Below, in pieces: positions 49,254 through 59,278 of a stretch of DNA of 64,000 nt; the stretch's first letter is position 1; each line of letters opens with the position of its first letter. This DNA comes from Spirochaetia bacterium. GTDB taxonomy: Bacteria; Spirochaetota; Spirochaetia; SZUA-6; Bin103. A program made the translations under genes and the position numbers. A model generated the notes under the pieces. The model was given only the letters and a program-made list of their open reading frames with translations. It was not told the DNA's origin and did no database searches. Location: positions 352,001 through 416,000 of the forward strand of contig CBDBOV010000004.1 of the NCBI GenBank assembly GCA_965208575.1. Direction: 5' to 3'.

Positions 49254-50355
49254 CCCGTACCGTTCCCACGCCCGCCGGCGTGCGCTGCCGGCGCAGGAGG
49301 CCCCCCGGCTGGCGCACGCGCAGGCGTGGCAGCCGCAAACGGTCCGGCACGGCGGAGGCGACCGCGAACAGCAGCAGGGCAAGCCCGATGAAGATCTGAA
49401 ACCGCTCGCTGATCAGCTCCATCGCCTCCGCCTCCAGCAGGCGCCCGGGGGCGGCGGCGATCATCTCCCGGTACAGGCGCCCCAGGTCCAGGTTGCCGGT
49501 GGCCCAGTGCACGTAGCGGCCCGCCGGGGTGGCGCCGGCCACGGCGCGGAGCAGGTCGGCGTCCAGCACGCTGAGCACGATCTCGCCGTCGTGCTCGATG
49601 TAGGCGGCGGCTCCGGAGTCGGACCGTTGCGGGTCGGGTATCGGCTGGCCCGCGGTGTCGCTACCGAGTCCGATGGCCAGGATGCGGGCCCCGCCCTGGC
49701 CGAGCGTCTCGGCCGCCTCCACCGGGAAACTGTCGTGGTCGCCGCCGTCGGTGATCAGCAGCACGTCCTTGAATTCGCGCACCTGGTTGTCGAGCACGTC
49801 GTCGTGCACCGTCCGCAGCGCGTCGCCGAGCAGCGACCCGCCGCGGCTCACGCTGCTCACCGACAGTTGCTGCACGGCCATGCGGAAGAAGCCGTAGTCG
49901 AACGTCAGCGGGCTCTTTACCACCGCGCTGCCGGCGTACGCCACCAGCGCCACCCGATCCCCGTCCAGCACCTGCACCGCGTCCAGGATCGCCAGCTTGG
50001 CGCGCTCCAGCCGATTGGGCGCCAGGTCCTCGGCCAGCATGCTGCGCGAGGTGTCCACCACGAACACCACGTCGCGGCCGCGCCGCTCCACGGTGGTGGG
50101 ACTCGACTCCCAGCCCGGCCGGGCGATGCCGATCACCAGCAGCGCCAGCCCCGCCAGCGTGAGGACGGCCAGCAGCGGGCGCGCGCCCCACGCCGGCGCC
50201 GCCCGCTCCGGCACGGCGCGGAACCGGGCCGCGTCGCGCCGCCGGGCCCGCCCGGCCAGGTACAGCGCCGCCGCCAGCGGCAGCAGCAGCCACAGCAGCA
50301 GGAACGCCTCGGGATGCACGAAGCGCAGCGCGCCGTCGGTTGCGATGAGCGCCAT
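49240..50355 (-). CDS. BatB-like VWA domain protein
   Basis: DTSRSM MIDAS, PNRLERAK, PLTFD, TDG. Confidence 0.88.
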   Translation of the reverse strand: MALIATDGALRFVHPEAFLLLWLLLPLAAALYLAGRARRRDAARFRAVPERAAPAWGARPLLAVLTLAGLALLVIGIARPGWESSPTTVERRGRDVVFVVDTSRSMLAEDLAPNRLERAKLAILDAVQVLDGDRVALVAYAGSAVVKSPLTFDYGFFRMAVQQLSVSSVSRGGSLLGDALRTVHDDVLDNQVREFKDVLLITDGGDHDSFPVEAAETLGQGGARILAIGLGSDTAGQPIPDPQRSDSGAAAYIEHDGEIVLSVLDADLLRAVAGATPAGRYVHWATGNLDLGRLYREMIAAAPGRLLEAEAMELISERFQIFIGLALLLFAVASAVPDRLRLPRLRVRQPGGLLRRQRTPAGVGTVRDGRR

Positions 50356-51407
50356 CACGGGCTCCGGCGCAACACGGTCGCGCTCAGCAGGGTGGCCGTG
50401 AACATGCACGCCGCGGCGGCCACGGCCCAGGGCACGAAGCGCTCGCGATAGCTCACGTAGCGCACCGACTCGATCTCGCTGCGCTCCAGGGCATCGATCT
50501 CGCGGTACACCTCGTGCAGAGCGCGCGCATCCCCGGCGATCCGGAACAGGCCGCCGGTGGTCTCGGCGATGGCGCGCAGGGCCGCCTCATCGATCTCGCG
50601 CCGGCCGAGCCGGAACAGCGTGGTGTTGCCCTGCGCGCGTACCGTCTCGTCCGCGGCGATGCCGATGGCGTGCACGGTGATGCCCCAGTCACGCGCCAGC
50701 TCGGCCGCGGCCAGCGGGTCGCGGGTGCCGGTGTTGTTGATGCCGTCGGTGAGCAGCACAACCACCTTGCTCTTGATCTCGTAGGTGGCGCCGCCGCCGG
50801 CGGCGCGCAGCTCCTCCTCGGCGGTGTGCAGGCGGGCCGCGGCCAGGGCGATGGCATCGCCGATCGCGGTGCCGTCTTCGGCGCTGCCCTTGCCGGCCAG
50901 CTCGATGCCGTGCAGGAAGCCGCCGGCGGCGTCGTGGGCCAGGGTGAGCGGCAGAATGGTCTCCGCGTAGCGGGCGAAGGTGATCAGTCCGATCAGGTCC
51001 TGGGAACGCCCCTGCAGGCCGGAGTCGTCGCCGCTGATGAACCGCGCGAGCACCGCTTTGGCGGCCTGCAGGCGGCTCGGGCTGTCCTGCCCGGCGGCCA
51101 TCGGCACCCGCATGCTCGACGACCGATCCACCACCAGCTCGATCGCCACCCCGCGGCTGACGTCCACCACCTGCTCCTGCCCCTCGCGCGGGCGCGCCAG
51201 CGCCACCACCAGCAGCAGCAGGGACGCCACCTGCAGCGCCAGCGGCAGCCACGCCAGCCGCTGCCGCCACGACGGCGCCACCGCGGCCGGCAACGCCGCC
51301 GAGGAAAAGGGCAGGCCGGCCTGCCGGCGCCCGGCCCGGTGGCGCAGCAGCGGCAGCGCCGCCACCACCGGCGCCAGCAGGAATGCCCACGGCGCTTCAA
51401 ACTGCAA
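50355..51407 (-). CDS. BatA-like VWA domain protein
   Basis: ALARP, DRSSSM MIDAS, GTAIGDA, LTDG.NN.G. Confidence 0.9.
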   Translation of the reverse strand: MQFEAPWAFLLAPVVAALPLLRHRAGRRQAGLPFSSAALPAAVAPSWRQRLAWLPLALQVASLLLLVVALARPREGQEQVVDVSRGVAIELVVDRSSSMRVPMAAGQDSPSRLQAAKAVLARFISGDDSGLQGRSQDLIGLITFARYAETILPLTLAHDAAGGFLHGIELAGKGSAEDGTAIGDAIALAAARLHTAEEELRAAGGGATYEIKSKVVVLLTDGINNTGTRDPLAAAELARDWGITVHAIGIAADETVRAQGNTTLFRLGRREIDEAALRAIAETTGGLFRIAGDARALHEVYREIDALERSEIESVRYVSYRERFVPWAVAAAACMFTATLLSATVLRRSP

Positions 51408-52428
51408 CCGCGGCCTCCTCCCCGGGCACCAGGCGCAACGCGGTGACCAGGTCGGCCGCCGTGTCGATCAAGCCGCGCGCGGCCGCCGCCGGCGGGCGCG
51501 CCCCCGCAAACTTGACCCGGTCGCAGCTTGCCAGGAAGGCCCGCAGGGCGTGCCGCTGCGCGTCGTCCAGCCAGTCCGCGTCGGCCACGATCTGCATCAG
51601 CTCCTCGGTGGTCCGCTCCGGGGCACGCACCGCGAACCGCCGTTCCAGGTAGCGGCGCACGACATCGGCCACGGCGTGGTGGAACGCCAGCGGATCGCGC
51701 TCCGGCAGGTCGCCGGCGGCCAGCTCCCTGAGCATGCGCAGCGCCGCCTCGTGCGGCGGAACGAGCGCCGCGCGGGCGCGCGCGCGGGCCGCCCGGCGCC
51801 GCCACCAGAACGCGGCGGCGGCACCGGCGGCGGCCAGCGCCAGCACCACACCCGCGAGCAGCGCGACCTGGGTGATGCGCGGCGCCACCGCTACCGGATC
51901 CTGCACCTCGCGCGGTCGCGGCGCCGCCTCCGCCGGGTCGATCACCGACACCACCGTCACCGGGATCGGTTCCGTGGTCAGCCGGATCTCCCCCCCGGCG
52001 TCGGCGGCGGCAGCGGGCGCGCCCGCGATCGCCACCTGCAGGGCGGGAACGGTATAGTCCCCGGCCAGGAACGGCTGCAGCTCGAACCGTCGCAGCCAAC
52101 GCACCAGGCCGTCTTCGATCAACTCCGGCGGCGCGGTATGCATCCGCTCCACGCGCAGCGACCCGGCCTCCAGCTCCGCGGACGCGGGCAACCGCACCGC
52201 CCGGCCCTCGGCAGCGTGCACCTCCACCTCCACGGTCAGCCACTCGGCCGTGGTGATGGCGTCGCGGTCGGCCCGCACCGACAGCGCGGCGCCGTCCGCG
52301 GCGGCGGCCCGCTGCACCGGCCACGCGACCGCCGCGTCCTGCTCACCCGCCCCGCCGCCCGCACAGCCGAACAGCAGCGCCAGCCACGCGCCGACCACGC
52401 CCCAGGCAGCGCCGCGCCGCCACGCCAC
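51397..52428 (-). CDS. Bat-operon membrane-anchored hypothetical protein (DUF4381-like C-terminus)
   Basis: Signal or lipobox, Ig-like domain, transmembrane segment, RRYLERRF..ERTTEE..DRVKFA. Confidence 0.75.
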   Translation of the reverse strand: MAWRRGAAWGVVGAWLALLFGCAGGGAGEQDAAVAWPVQRAAAADGAALSVRADRDAITTAEWLTVEVEVHAAEGRAVRLPASAELEAGSLRVERMHTAPPELIEDGLVRWLRRFELQPFLAGDYTVPALQVAIAGAPAAAADAGGEIRLTTEPIPVTVVSVIDPAEAAPRPREVQDPVAVAPRITQVALLAGVVLALAAAGAAAAFWWRRRAARARARAALVPPHEAALRMLRELAAGDLPERDPLAFHHAVADVVRRYLERRFAVRAPERTTEELMQIVADADWLDDAQRHALRAFLASCDRVKFAGARPPAAAARGLIDTAADLVTALRLVPGEEAAVAV

Positions 52429-52432
52429 CGTG

Positions 52433-53320
52433 CTACCGTCCGCCCGCGGCGCGCCGCTCGCGCGCCTTGAAGAAGCGCACCAGGTCGCGCGTCCACGACC
52501 GGTCGGTGTGGATCGGAATCTGGTCGACGCGCAGTCTGCGCAACTGCGCCGCGAGGTTGTCCTGCCGTTCCCGTCCGCGCCGCTCGTAGTCCGCGCGCAC
52601 CCGGCGGCTGGAGGTGTCCACCAGCACGCGGCGCCCGGTCTCCGCGTCTTGCAGGTCGAGCAGCCCGGCACGCGGCAACGACAGCTCATGCGGATCGACG
52701 ATCGACGCCGCGATCAGGTCGTGCCGCGCCGCCGCCAGCCGCAACTCCGGCTCGTAGTCCGCGGCGAGAAAGTCGGAGACCAGGAACACCGTGGCCCGGC
52801 GACGCTGCACGCGGCTGACGAAGCGCAGCGCCGCTCCGATGTCGGTGCGCGTGCCCTCAGGCTCGAAGAACAGCAATTCCCGCACCAGGCGCAGCACGTG
52901 CGTCACGCCCTTCTTGGGCGGGATGAACAGCTCGACCTCGCCGGTGAACGCAACCAGGCCGACCCGGTCGTTGTGCCGGATCGCCGAGAACGCCAGCAGC
53001 GCGGTCAGCTCCGCCGCCACCTCGGTCTTGCTCTTGGCGGCCGAGCCGAACGTCCCGGACGCGGACAGGTCGACCACGAACAACACGGTGAGTTCGCGTT
53101 CTTCCACGAAGCGCTTCACGTAGGGGTGCCCCATGCGCGCCGTCACGTTCCAATCGATGGAGCGGATCTCGTCGCCGGGCTGGTAGTCGCGCACCTCCTG
53201 GAACTCGATGCCCTGGCCGCGGAACACGCTCGCGTACTCGCCGCCGAACACGGTGTCCACCGCGCGCCGGGCGCTGATCTGGATGTAGCGAATCTGCCGC
53301 GCCAGCTCCGGGGAGATCAC
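52433..53320 (-). CDS. DUF58 domain protein
   Basis: GQGIEFQEVRDYQPGDEIRSIDWNVTAR, DLSAS, SDF. Confidence 0.93.
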   Translation of the reverse strand: MISPELARQIRYIQISARRAVDTVFGGEYASVFRGQGIEFQEVRDYQPGDEIRSIDWNVTARMGHPYVKRFVEERELTVLFVVDLSASGTFGSAAKSKTEVAAELTALLAFSAIRHNDRVGLVAFTGEVELFIPPKKGVTHVLRLVRELLFFEPEGTRTDIGAALRFVSRVQRRRATVFLVSDFLAADYEPELRLAAARHDLIAASIVDPHELSLPRAGLLDLQDAETGRRVLVDTSSRRVRADYERRGRERQDNLAAQLRRLRVDQIPIHTDRSWTRDLVRFFKARERRAAGGR

Positions 53321-54300
53321 GGCACCGGAATGGCGTCCAGTACTTCCGCCACCAGGTCGTCGGCGGTGCGCTCCTCGGCTTCCGCCTCATAGCTGAGGAT
53401 GACGCGATGGCGAAGCACGTCGGGGGCCATCGTCTTGACGTCCTGAGGCGTCACGTAGCCACGTCCGTGCAGCAGGGCGTGCGCCTTGGCGGCCAGGGTC
53501 AGGTAGATGGTGGCGCGGGGGGACGCGCCGTACTCGATCAGGCCGTCCAGTTCCAATCCGAAGCTGGCCGGCTCGCGCGTCGCGTACACCACGTCGACCA
53601 CGTACTCCTCCACCTTCTCCTCCATGTGAATCTGCTCCACCAGGGCGCGCAGGCGGCCGAAGTCGGCGGGCTGCAGAATCGGCTCCACGCGCGGCGCGGC
53701 CGCGGTGCGCGCCATCTGGCGCAGGATGCGCAGTTCCTCGTCGCGGCTGGGATAGCTCACCTGCACCTTGAGCATGAAGCGGTCCACCTGCGCTTCCGGC
53801 AGCGGGTAGGTGCCTTCCTGCTCGATCGGATTCTGCGTGGCGAGCACCATGAACGGATCGTCGAGCGCGTGGCTGTCGTCCCCGATAGTCACCTGCCGCT
53901 CCTGCATCGCCTCCAATAGGGCGCTCTGCACCTTGGCGGGGGCGCGGTTGATCTCGTCGGCGAGGATGATGTTGGCGAAGATCGGCCCGCGCCTGGTGGT
54001 GAACTCGCCGCTGCCGGGCTGGTACACCAGGGTGCCGATCAGGTCGGCGGGCAGCAGGTCGGGGGTGAACTGGATGCGCCGGAAACGGGCGTTGATCGCC
54101 TGCGCCAGCGTGGTGATGGAGAGCGTCTTGGCCAGGCCCGGAACTCCCTCGATCAGCAGGTGGGCATTGCACAGGAGTCCAATCTGCAGCCGTTCGAGCA
54201 GGTAGCCCTGCCCGACGATCACCTTCTCAAGCTGCTGGCGGACCCCCTGCAGCAGCCCGCTCTCGCGCTCCACCTGCGCGCCAATCTGCGTGACGTCCAC
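53317..54300 (-). CDS. moxR: MoxR family AAA+ ATPase
   Basis: GVPGLAKT, RIQFTPDLLPAD, DEINRA, ATQNPIEQEGTYPLPEAQ.DRF. Confidence 0.95.
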   Translation of the reverse strand: MDVTQIGAQVERESGLLQGVRQQLEKVIVGQGYLLERLQIGLLCNAHLLIEGVPGLAKTLSITTLAQAINARFRRIQFTPDLLPADLIGTLVYQPGSGEFTTRRGPIFANIILADEINRAPAKVQSALLEAMQERQVTIGDDSHALDDPFMVLATQNPIEQEGTYPLPEAQVDRFMLKVQVSYPSRDEELRILRQMARTAAAPRVEPILQPADFGRLRALVEQIHMEEKVEEYVVDVVYATREPASFGLELDGLIEYGASPRATIYLTLAAKAHALLHGRGYVTPQDVKTMAPDVLRHRVILSYEAEAEERTADDLVAEVLDAIPVP

Positions 54301-54534
54301 GATGCCTCTACCCTTCTCACTCTGCGTGTTGCTGCGACAGCGGATCGCGCTCACAGCCGGGCCGCCGTGCCCGGACCATCCGGTCCGCCAGAGCGGCACA
54401 AGTATTCTCAATGTAGTTGACCGCCAGCCGCGAAATCAACACGACCGAAGCAGCGCGAGCGGCCGACGTGCGATGGCACGACGCACCGCTGACTCGGGTT
54501 GCTGGCGCCACGCATGCGTGCAACAGTAGGAGCC

Positions 54535-54876
54535 ATGAGTGAACCTACCCTGCAGGACGTGCTCCAGCGTCTGGACCGGATCGACGGTCGCCTGGACCGG
54601 GTCGACCACGCGCAGCACGGCCAGGGCGGCGTCAGCCAGCAGCTCGCCGCAATCGGCCGATGTCTGGACGAGATGGAAAAGCGCACCGATGCTCGGGTGG
54701 GTGTCGTGAGGGCCGAGCTGGCTCAGCTACGCGCCGACGGCGGCGACCGTCTCCGCCAGACGGAGGATCGGATCAACGCTCGGCTCGACGCGATGAGTGG
54801 CCGGCTCGACCAGCTACGGAAGGAACTGCACGCCGACCTTTCGACGTTACGGGCGGCGATGAACGATCGCCGGTGA
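54535..54876 (+). CDS. Small coiled-coil hypothetical protein
   Basis: AGGAG RBS and heptad-like RLD repeats. Confidence 0.7.
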   Translation: MSEPTLQDVLQRLDRIDGRLDRVDHAQHGQGGVSQQLAAIGRCLDEMEKRTDARVGVVRAELAQLRADGGDRLRQTEDRINARLDAMSGRLDQLRKELHADLSTLRAAMNDRR

Positions 54877-55039
54877 GGCTCCTGCTCGTGGCCGCGCTGC
54901 TGTGCACTCGCACCCGGAGCAGCCGGTCGCGGGACCCGGCGTCGCCGCACTCGGTCCAGCAGGTTTCGTCGCGGGCTGCCGGTCCCGGCGGCGCCCTGCG
55001 GCGGTGGACGAGTTGCGTCGCTCCGTGATTGGGTAAGAC

Positions 55040-56059
55040 ATGCAGACGGCAACCCTGGGACGCACCGGCGTCGAACTCACCCGGCTCGGTCTCGGCTGCG
55101 CGCCGATCGGCGACCTGCTGAGCACGGTCAGCGAGACGACCGCCCGGGAGGTGCTCCGCAGTGCCTGGGACGCCGGCATCCGGTATTTCGACACCTCGCC
55201 GTTCTACGGCCACGGCAAGAGCGAACACCGCCTGGGCGAGTTCCTGCGCGGCATCCCGCGCGATCAGTTCATGGTCTCCACCAAGGCGGGCCGCGTGCTG
55301 CGCCCCACCACCCGGCCCGACCTGCTCGATCAGCAATACTGGCGCGATCCGCTGCCGTTCACGCTGCACTTCGACTACAGCTACGACGGCATCATGCGTT
55401 CCTACGAGGACAGCCTGCAGCGGCTCGGCCTGGCATCGGTCGACCTGCTGGTGATCCACGACCTCGACCGGATGTTTCATCACTCCGAGCAGCGCATCGC
55501 GGCGCTGATGCAGGAGATGGCCACCAGCGGTTGGCGCGCGCTGGACCAGCTCCGCTCCAGCGGCGCCATCTCCGGGGTGGGCGCCGGCATCAACTTCGTC
55601 GGCCTCATTCCCCGCTTCCTGGACCTGATGGAGCTCGACTTCTTCCTGGTCGCCCAGGACTACAACCTGCTCGACCACGACGTGCTCGACCACGACTTCC
55701 CGCGCTGTGCCGACGCCGGGGTGGCGATCATCATCGGCGCCCTGTTCGCCTCCGGCATCCTGGCCACGGAGGGCCGCGGCAACGCCAGCTACCGCTACGC
55801 CGACCCGCCGCCCGAAGTGGTGCAGCGCGTGCAGGCGATGGCTGCCGTGTGCAACCGCCACGGCATCGACCTGGCCACCGCCGCGCTGCAGTTCCCTCTC
55901 GCGCACCCGCTGGTCACCGCCGCCATCCCCGGCGCCGCCCGGCCCGAATACGTCACCGGCAACGTCCGACGCCTGCAAACCCCCATCCCCGCCGACCTCT
56001 GGTCCGAACTGAAGTCCGAGGCCCTGCTCCGCCCCGACGCTCCCGTACCGGGCGCCTGA
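55040..56059 (+). CDS. Aldo/keto reductase (D-threo-aldose dehydrogenase-like)
   Basis: DTSPFYG, STK, IHD, FDYSYDG. Confidence 0.92.
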   Translation: MQTATLGRTGVELTRLGLGCAPIGDLLSTVSETTAREVLRSAWDAGIRYFDTSPFYGHGKSEHRLGEFLRGIPRDQFMVSTKAGRVLRPTTRPDLLDQQYWRDPLPFTLHFDYSYDGIMRSYEDSLQRLGLASVDLLVIHDLDRMFHHSEQRIAALMQEMATSGWRALDQLRSSGAISGVGAGINFVGLIPRFLDLMELDFFLVAQDYNLLDHDVLDHDFPRCADAGVAIIIGALFASGILATEGRGNASYRYADPPPEVVQRVQAMAAVCNRHGIDLATAALQFPLAHPLVTAAIPGAARPEYVTGNVRRLQTPIPADLWSELKSEALLRPDAPVPGA

Positions 56060-56081
56060 GACGCTGCCGGATCGTCGGCTC

Positions 56082-56861
56082 TCAACCCGCCTGGTCGGGC
56101 GGGCGGATCCAGAACGGTTCGAGGTGGTAGGCGGGTTGCCAGCCGAGGATGCGGGTGATCTTTTCGCTCGAGAACTTGCGGTGCGGGCTGCGGGCGAACG
56201 TGAAGTAGGTCTCGCAGCGTGACGGCAGGCGGGCCAGCTCGACCTCCAGGGCGGCGCGCACGGCGGTCCCGGTGTCGGGCCAGGCGATCACGAACGGCCG
56301 TTCGAGGTCGTGGCCGAGAATCGCCTTGTCGCCGGGTTGGTGGCGGTTCCACAGCCACGTACCCGGGTGGCGCATGCCCATGAACAGCAGGGTCTGCACG
56401 TAAAGGTCATGCCGCTCGCTGAATACGCGCAGCACCTCCTGACCGAGCGCCTTGGTGAGCGCATACAGGCGGGTGCCCGGCTGCGGCGGCATGTCCGGGT
56501 TCAGGTCGAAGTCCCAATCCTCGTACTGAGGGCCGGCGAGCTGGTAGTGGGGGCCGGTGTTGACGATGCGCCTGATGCCGTGGCGCACCGCCGCCGCCGC
56601 CAGGTTGTAGTTGCCCTGCACATTGACCTCGAACGCCTGCACGCGGTCTTCGCGCAGCACCGAGAGGTTGACGATGGCGTCCATGCCATCCGCGGCCGCG
56701 ACCACGCCATCCCGGTCGGCGACGCTCAGGCGCCGGTATTCGTGGCCGAAGTTCGCCGGCGGGTCGTTGATGTCGGTCACGCGCAGAGTGTGGCGGCCGG
56801 CGAGGGCGTCGATCACCCACGGACCCATCATGCCGTTGCCACCGAGGATGAGCACGTTCAT
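56082..56861 (-). CDS. NAD-dependent epimerase/dehydratase family (uronate dehydrogenase-like)
   Basis: GGNGMMG, VNVQG.YN, YALTK. Confidence 0.88.
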   Translation of the reverse strand: MNVLILGGNGMMGPWVIDALAGRHTLRVTDINDPPANFGHEYRRLSVADRDGVVAAADGMDAIVNLSVLREDRVQAFEVNVQGNYNLAAAAVRHGIRRIVNTGPHYQLAGPQYEDWDFDLNPDMPPQPGTRLYALTKALGQEVLRVFSERHDLYVQTLLFMGMRHPGTWLWNRHQPGDKAILGHDLERPFVIAWPDTGTAVRAALEVELARLPSRCETYFTFARSPHRKFSSEKITRILGWQPAYHLEPFWIRPPDQAG

Positions 56862-57532
56862 GGCGCGGCCCCGCCGTCATCCGCTCCCGGAAACGCCAAC
56901 AGCGTCCCGGCCTCGCGCATCAGGTAGCGGGCCCCCGGCACGGGAGACTGCACGTGCACCTCCTGCCACTGCGCCAGTTCCGCCGTCAAGGCCCGGCCGA
57001 CCGCCTCCGCGGCATCCGACGCGGCGACCGCCGCCGGTCCGTGCTCAGAACGCAGCGCAGTGCGGTCGCCGGGCACCTCCGGGAACCCGATTCGCAATGT
57101 GAGCACTCGCATGAGTCGGTCGCGGGCGCACTCCTTGGCGACCATCTCGCCGAGGTGGCACGCCAGCAGCGCCGGATCATCGCTCGGCGGCCGTGAGCGC
57201 CACTGTTCGGTTACCGTCAGGTGGGCGGGCAGCTCCTCCAGCAGGCGCAGCGTGCTGACGCAGATGCATCGTTCCGCCCCGGCGGCCGCGGCCGCCAGCA
57301 GCAGGTTGTAGGTGCGCCGCGTGGCATGGTCGATCAGTTCGTTCGCCTGGCCGCCGGCGCACGAGTACGCGAAGTGGACCACGGCATTGACTCCCACTAC
57401 CAGTTGTTCGGTCGCGGCATCCGCCTCCAGCGGTTCCTCCCACCCGATCCGCCGCACCGCGTGGTGCTCGGCGAGCCGATCGGCAACGGCGCCCGCGAAC
57501 GGGTTGTCGGCGTTGGTCACCAGGATGTTCAT
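56858..57532 (-). CDS. Extended-SDR-fold protein with degenerate motifs
   Basis: GVNAVVHFA, TYNLL.AA and LRIG are present, but there is no GxxGxxG or YxxxK. Confidence 0.75.
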   Translation of the reverse strand: MNILVTNADNPFAGAVADRLAEHHAVRRIGWEEPLEADAATEQLVVGVNAVVHFAYSCAGGQANELIDHATRRTYNLLLAAAAAGAERCICVSTLRLLEELPAHLTVTEQWRSRPPSDDPALLACHLGEMVAKECARDRLMRVLTLRIGFPEVPGDRTALRSEHGPAAVAASDAAEAVGRALTAELAQWQEVHVQSPVPGARYLMREAGTLLAFPGADDGGAAP

Positions 57533-57641
57533 CTCGTCTCTTTCCGCGGCACTGTATCGGAAACGCGGGCGGACCGCCATGGCGGGTAACGTCGCGGCCC
57601 AATTCCGCAACTCGCGCGATTCGTGTAGTCTCCGCGCCAGT

Positions 57642-58292
57642 ATGCGAACGCTGGTACTGTGCGATGACCGCGCCCACCCCGCTACGCTGACGCGCGGCGG
57701 GCTCGCTCCGCTGGCCGGCAGCGGCTACGAATTCGACTGGATCGAGGATCCCGACACCTGGTCGGCCGAGGCGATGCGACAGTACCGCGTGGTGGTGTTC
57801 TCCAAGGCGAATAATCGCTCCACCACCGACGCGGCGCCGTGGGCGGCCGAGCAGGAGGGAAGCGCGTTTGCGGACTACGTGGCGGACGGCAACGGCATCC
57901 TGTTTCTGCACTCCGGCACCGCGCTGTACGACGACTCGCCGTCGCTGTGCCGGCTCATGGGCGGCACGTTCGCGGGCCATCCGCCGCAGTGCGAGGTTAC
58001 CGTAGAGCCGGCAGCGGGACATCCGCTCACCGCCGGCTGCACGCGGTTCGCCGGGCGCGACGAGCACTACCAGATGGCGATGAACGACCCGCACGTGGAG
58101 CTGTTCCTGCACACCGCCTCCGAACACGGCACCGAGCCCGGCGGCTGGACGCGCACGCATGGCAAGGGCCGCGTGTGCGTGCTCACGCCGGGCCATAACC
58201 TGCCCATCTGGCTGCAGCCTTCCTACCAGCGCCTGCTGCGCAACTGCCTGGCGTGGTGCGCCGGCGAAACCGACACAGGAGTCTCGACATGA
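57642..58292 (+). CDS. ThuA-like (class I glutamine amidotransferase-like) protein
   Basis: GILFLHS, GGTFAGHP, DEHY, GKGRV...PGH. Confidence 0.88.
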   Translation: MRTLVLCDDRAHPATLTRGGLAPLAGSGYEFDWIEDPDTWSAEAMRQYRVVVFSKANNRSTTDAAPWAAEQEGSAFADYVADGNGILFLHSGTALYDDSPSLCRLMGGTFAGHPPQCEVTVEPAAGHPLTAGCTRFAGRDEHYQMAMNDPHVELFLHTASEHGTEPGGWTRTHGKGRVCVLTPGHNLPIWLQPSYQRLLRNCLAWCAGETDTGVST

Positions 58293-59236
58293 ACACCTCC
58301 GACACCCCCGCCGTCCCGCGCCGTGTGCTCGGCAAGACCGGGCTGTCGATCCCGGTCATTCCGTTCGGCACCCAGGGATTCGGCAACCACTTCGGCTTTG
58401 TGTCCGACGAGGACGCGGTGGCGCTGGTGAAGCACGCCGTGGCGCTGGGCGTAAACCACTTCGACTGTGCGCGCTGCTACGGCGACTCGCTACGCAAGCT
58501 CGGCGTGGCGCTCAGGGAAGTCCCGCGCCCGGACGTGATCATCACCGGACGGCTGTGCTGCCACTCCGGAGCCCAGTGGGGCGGCTACGGTGAGGGTGAG
58601 CCGGACTTTTCGGCCGAACGCGTGCTGCGCGACGTGGAGGATCAGCTTGCCGTGCTTGGCATCGACCACTTCGACGGCATGTTGATCCACGATCCGCCGC
58701 GCATGGAGCCGACCCTGGCCAAGGAGGGCACGCTGGCCGGACTGCTGAGCCTCAAGGCGCGCGGCGTGGTGCGCAACGTCGGCTACGGCATGCGCCCGCA
58801 CGAGTTCCACCGGGAGGCGATCGCCACCGGCGACGTCGACTTCCTGCTGTGCTTCAGCGACTACCACCTGCTGCGGCAGACCGCCGCCGACGGCGTGCTG
58901 GCGGCCGCCGCCGCGGCCGGCGTGGGCGTCATGAACGGCTGGTCGATCCTGCGCGGCCTGCTGACCGGCGGCGATCCGGCGGAGACCGCGCGGCTCGGCA
59001 ACTACCGCAACGAAGAGGACATCGCGGCGGCGCGCGAACGCTGGCAGTGGTGCCGCGACCGGGGGGTCGACCTGCTGCAGCTCGCCCTGCAGTTCTGCCT
59101 GCGGGAGCCGCGCATCCACGGCAACCCGATCGGCAGCCTCAACGCCGCCCAACTGGAGCAGAACATCCGCGCCGCGGCCACCCCCCTCGACGACTCGACC
59201 TGGACCGCCTACCAGGAGGCATTCCCCGAACGGTGA
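58289..59236 (+). CDS. Aldo/keto reductase
   Basis: RRVLGKTG, FDCARCYG, LIHD, LALQFCL. ATGA coupling with the upstream gene. Confidence 0.88.
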   Translation: MNTSDTPAVPRRVLGKTGLSIPVIPFGTQGFGNHFGFVSDEDAVALVKHAVALGVNHFDCARCYGDSLRKLGVALREVPRPDVIITGRLCCHSGAQWGGYGEGEPDFSAERVLRDVEDQLAVLGIDHFDGMLIHDPPRMEPTLAKEGTLAGLLSLKARGVVRNVGYGMRPHEFHREAIATGDVDFLLCFSDYHLLRQTAADGVLAAAAAAGVGVMNGWSILRGLLTGGDPAETARLGNYRNEEDIAAARERWQWCRDRGVDLLQLALQFCLREPRIHGNPIGSLNAAQLEQNIRAAATPLDDSTWTAYQEAFPER

Positions 59237-59278
59237 CCGCGCCGAGCGCAGGGACCCGGGCTGGCTGAGAGCGCCTCC

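Noticed and set aside
45449-54300. moxR-DUF58-VWA-TPR-BatD operon as a new system
   Set aside because: This is the known Bat/MoxR-proper arrangement, and the polyQ linker is usual for BatC-like proteins.
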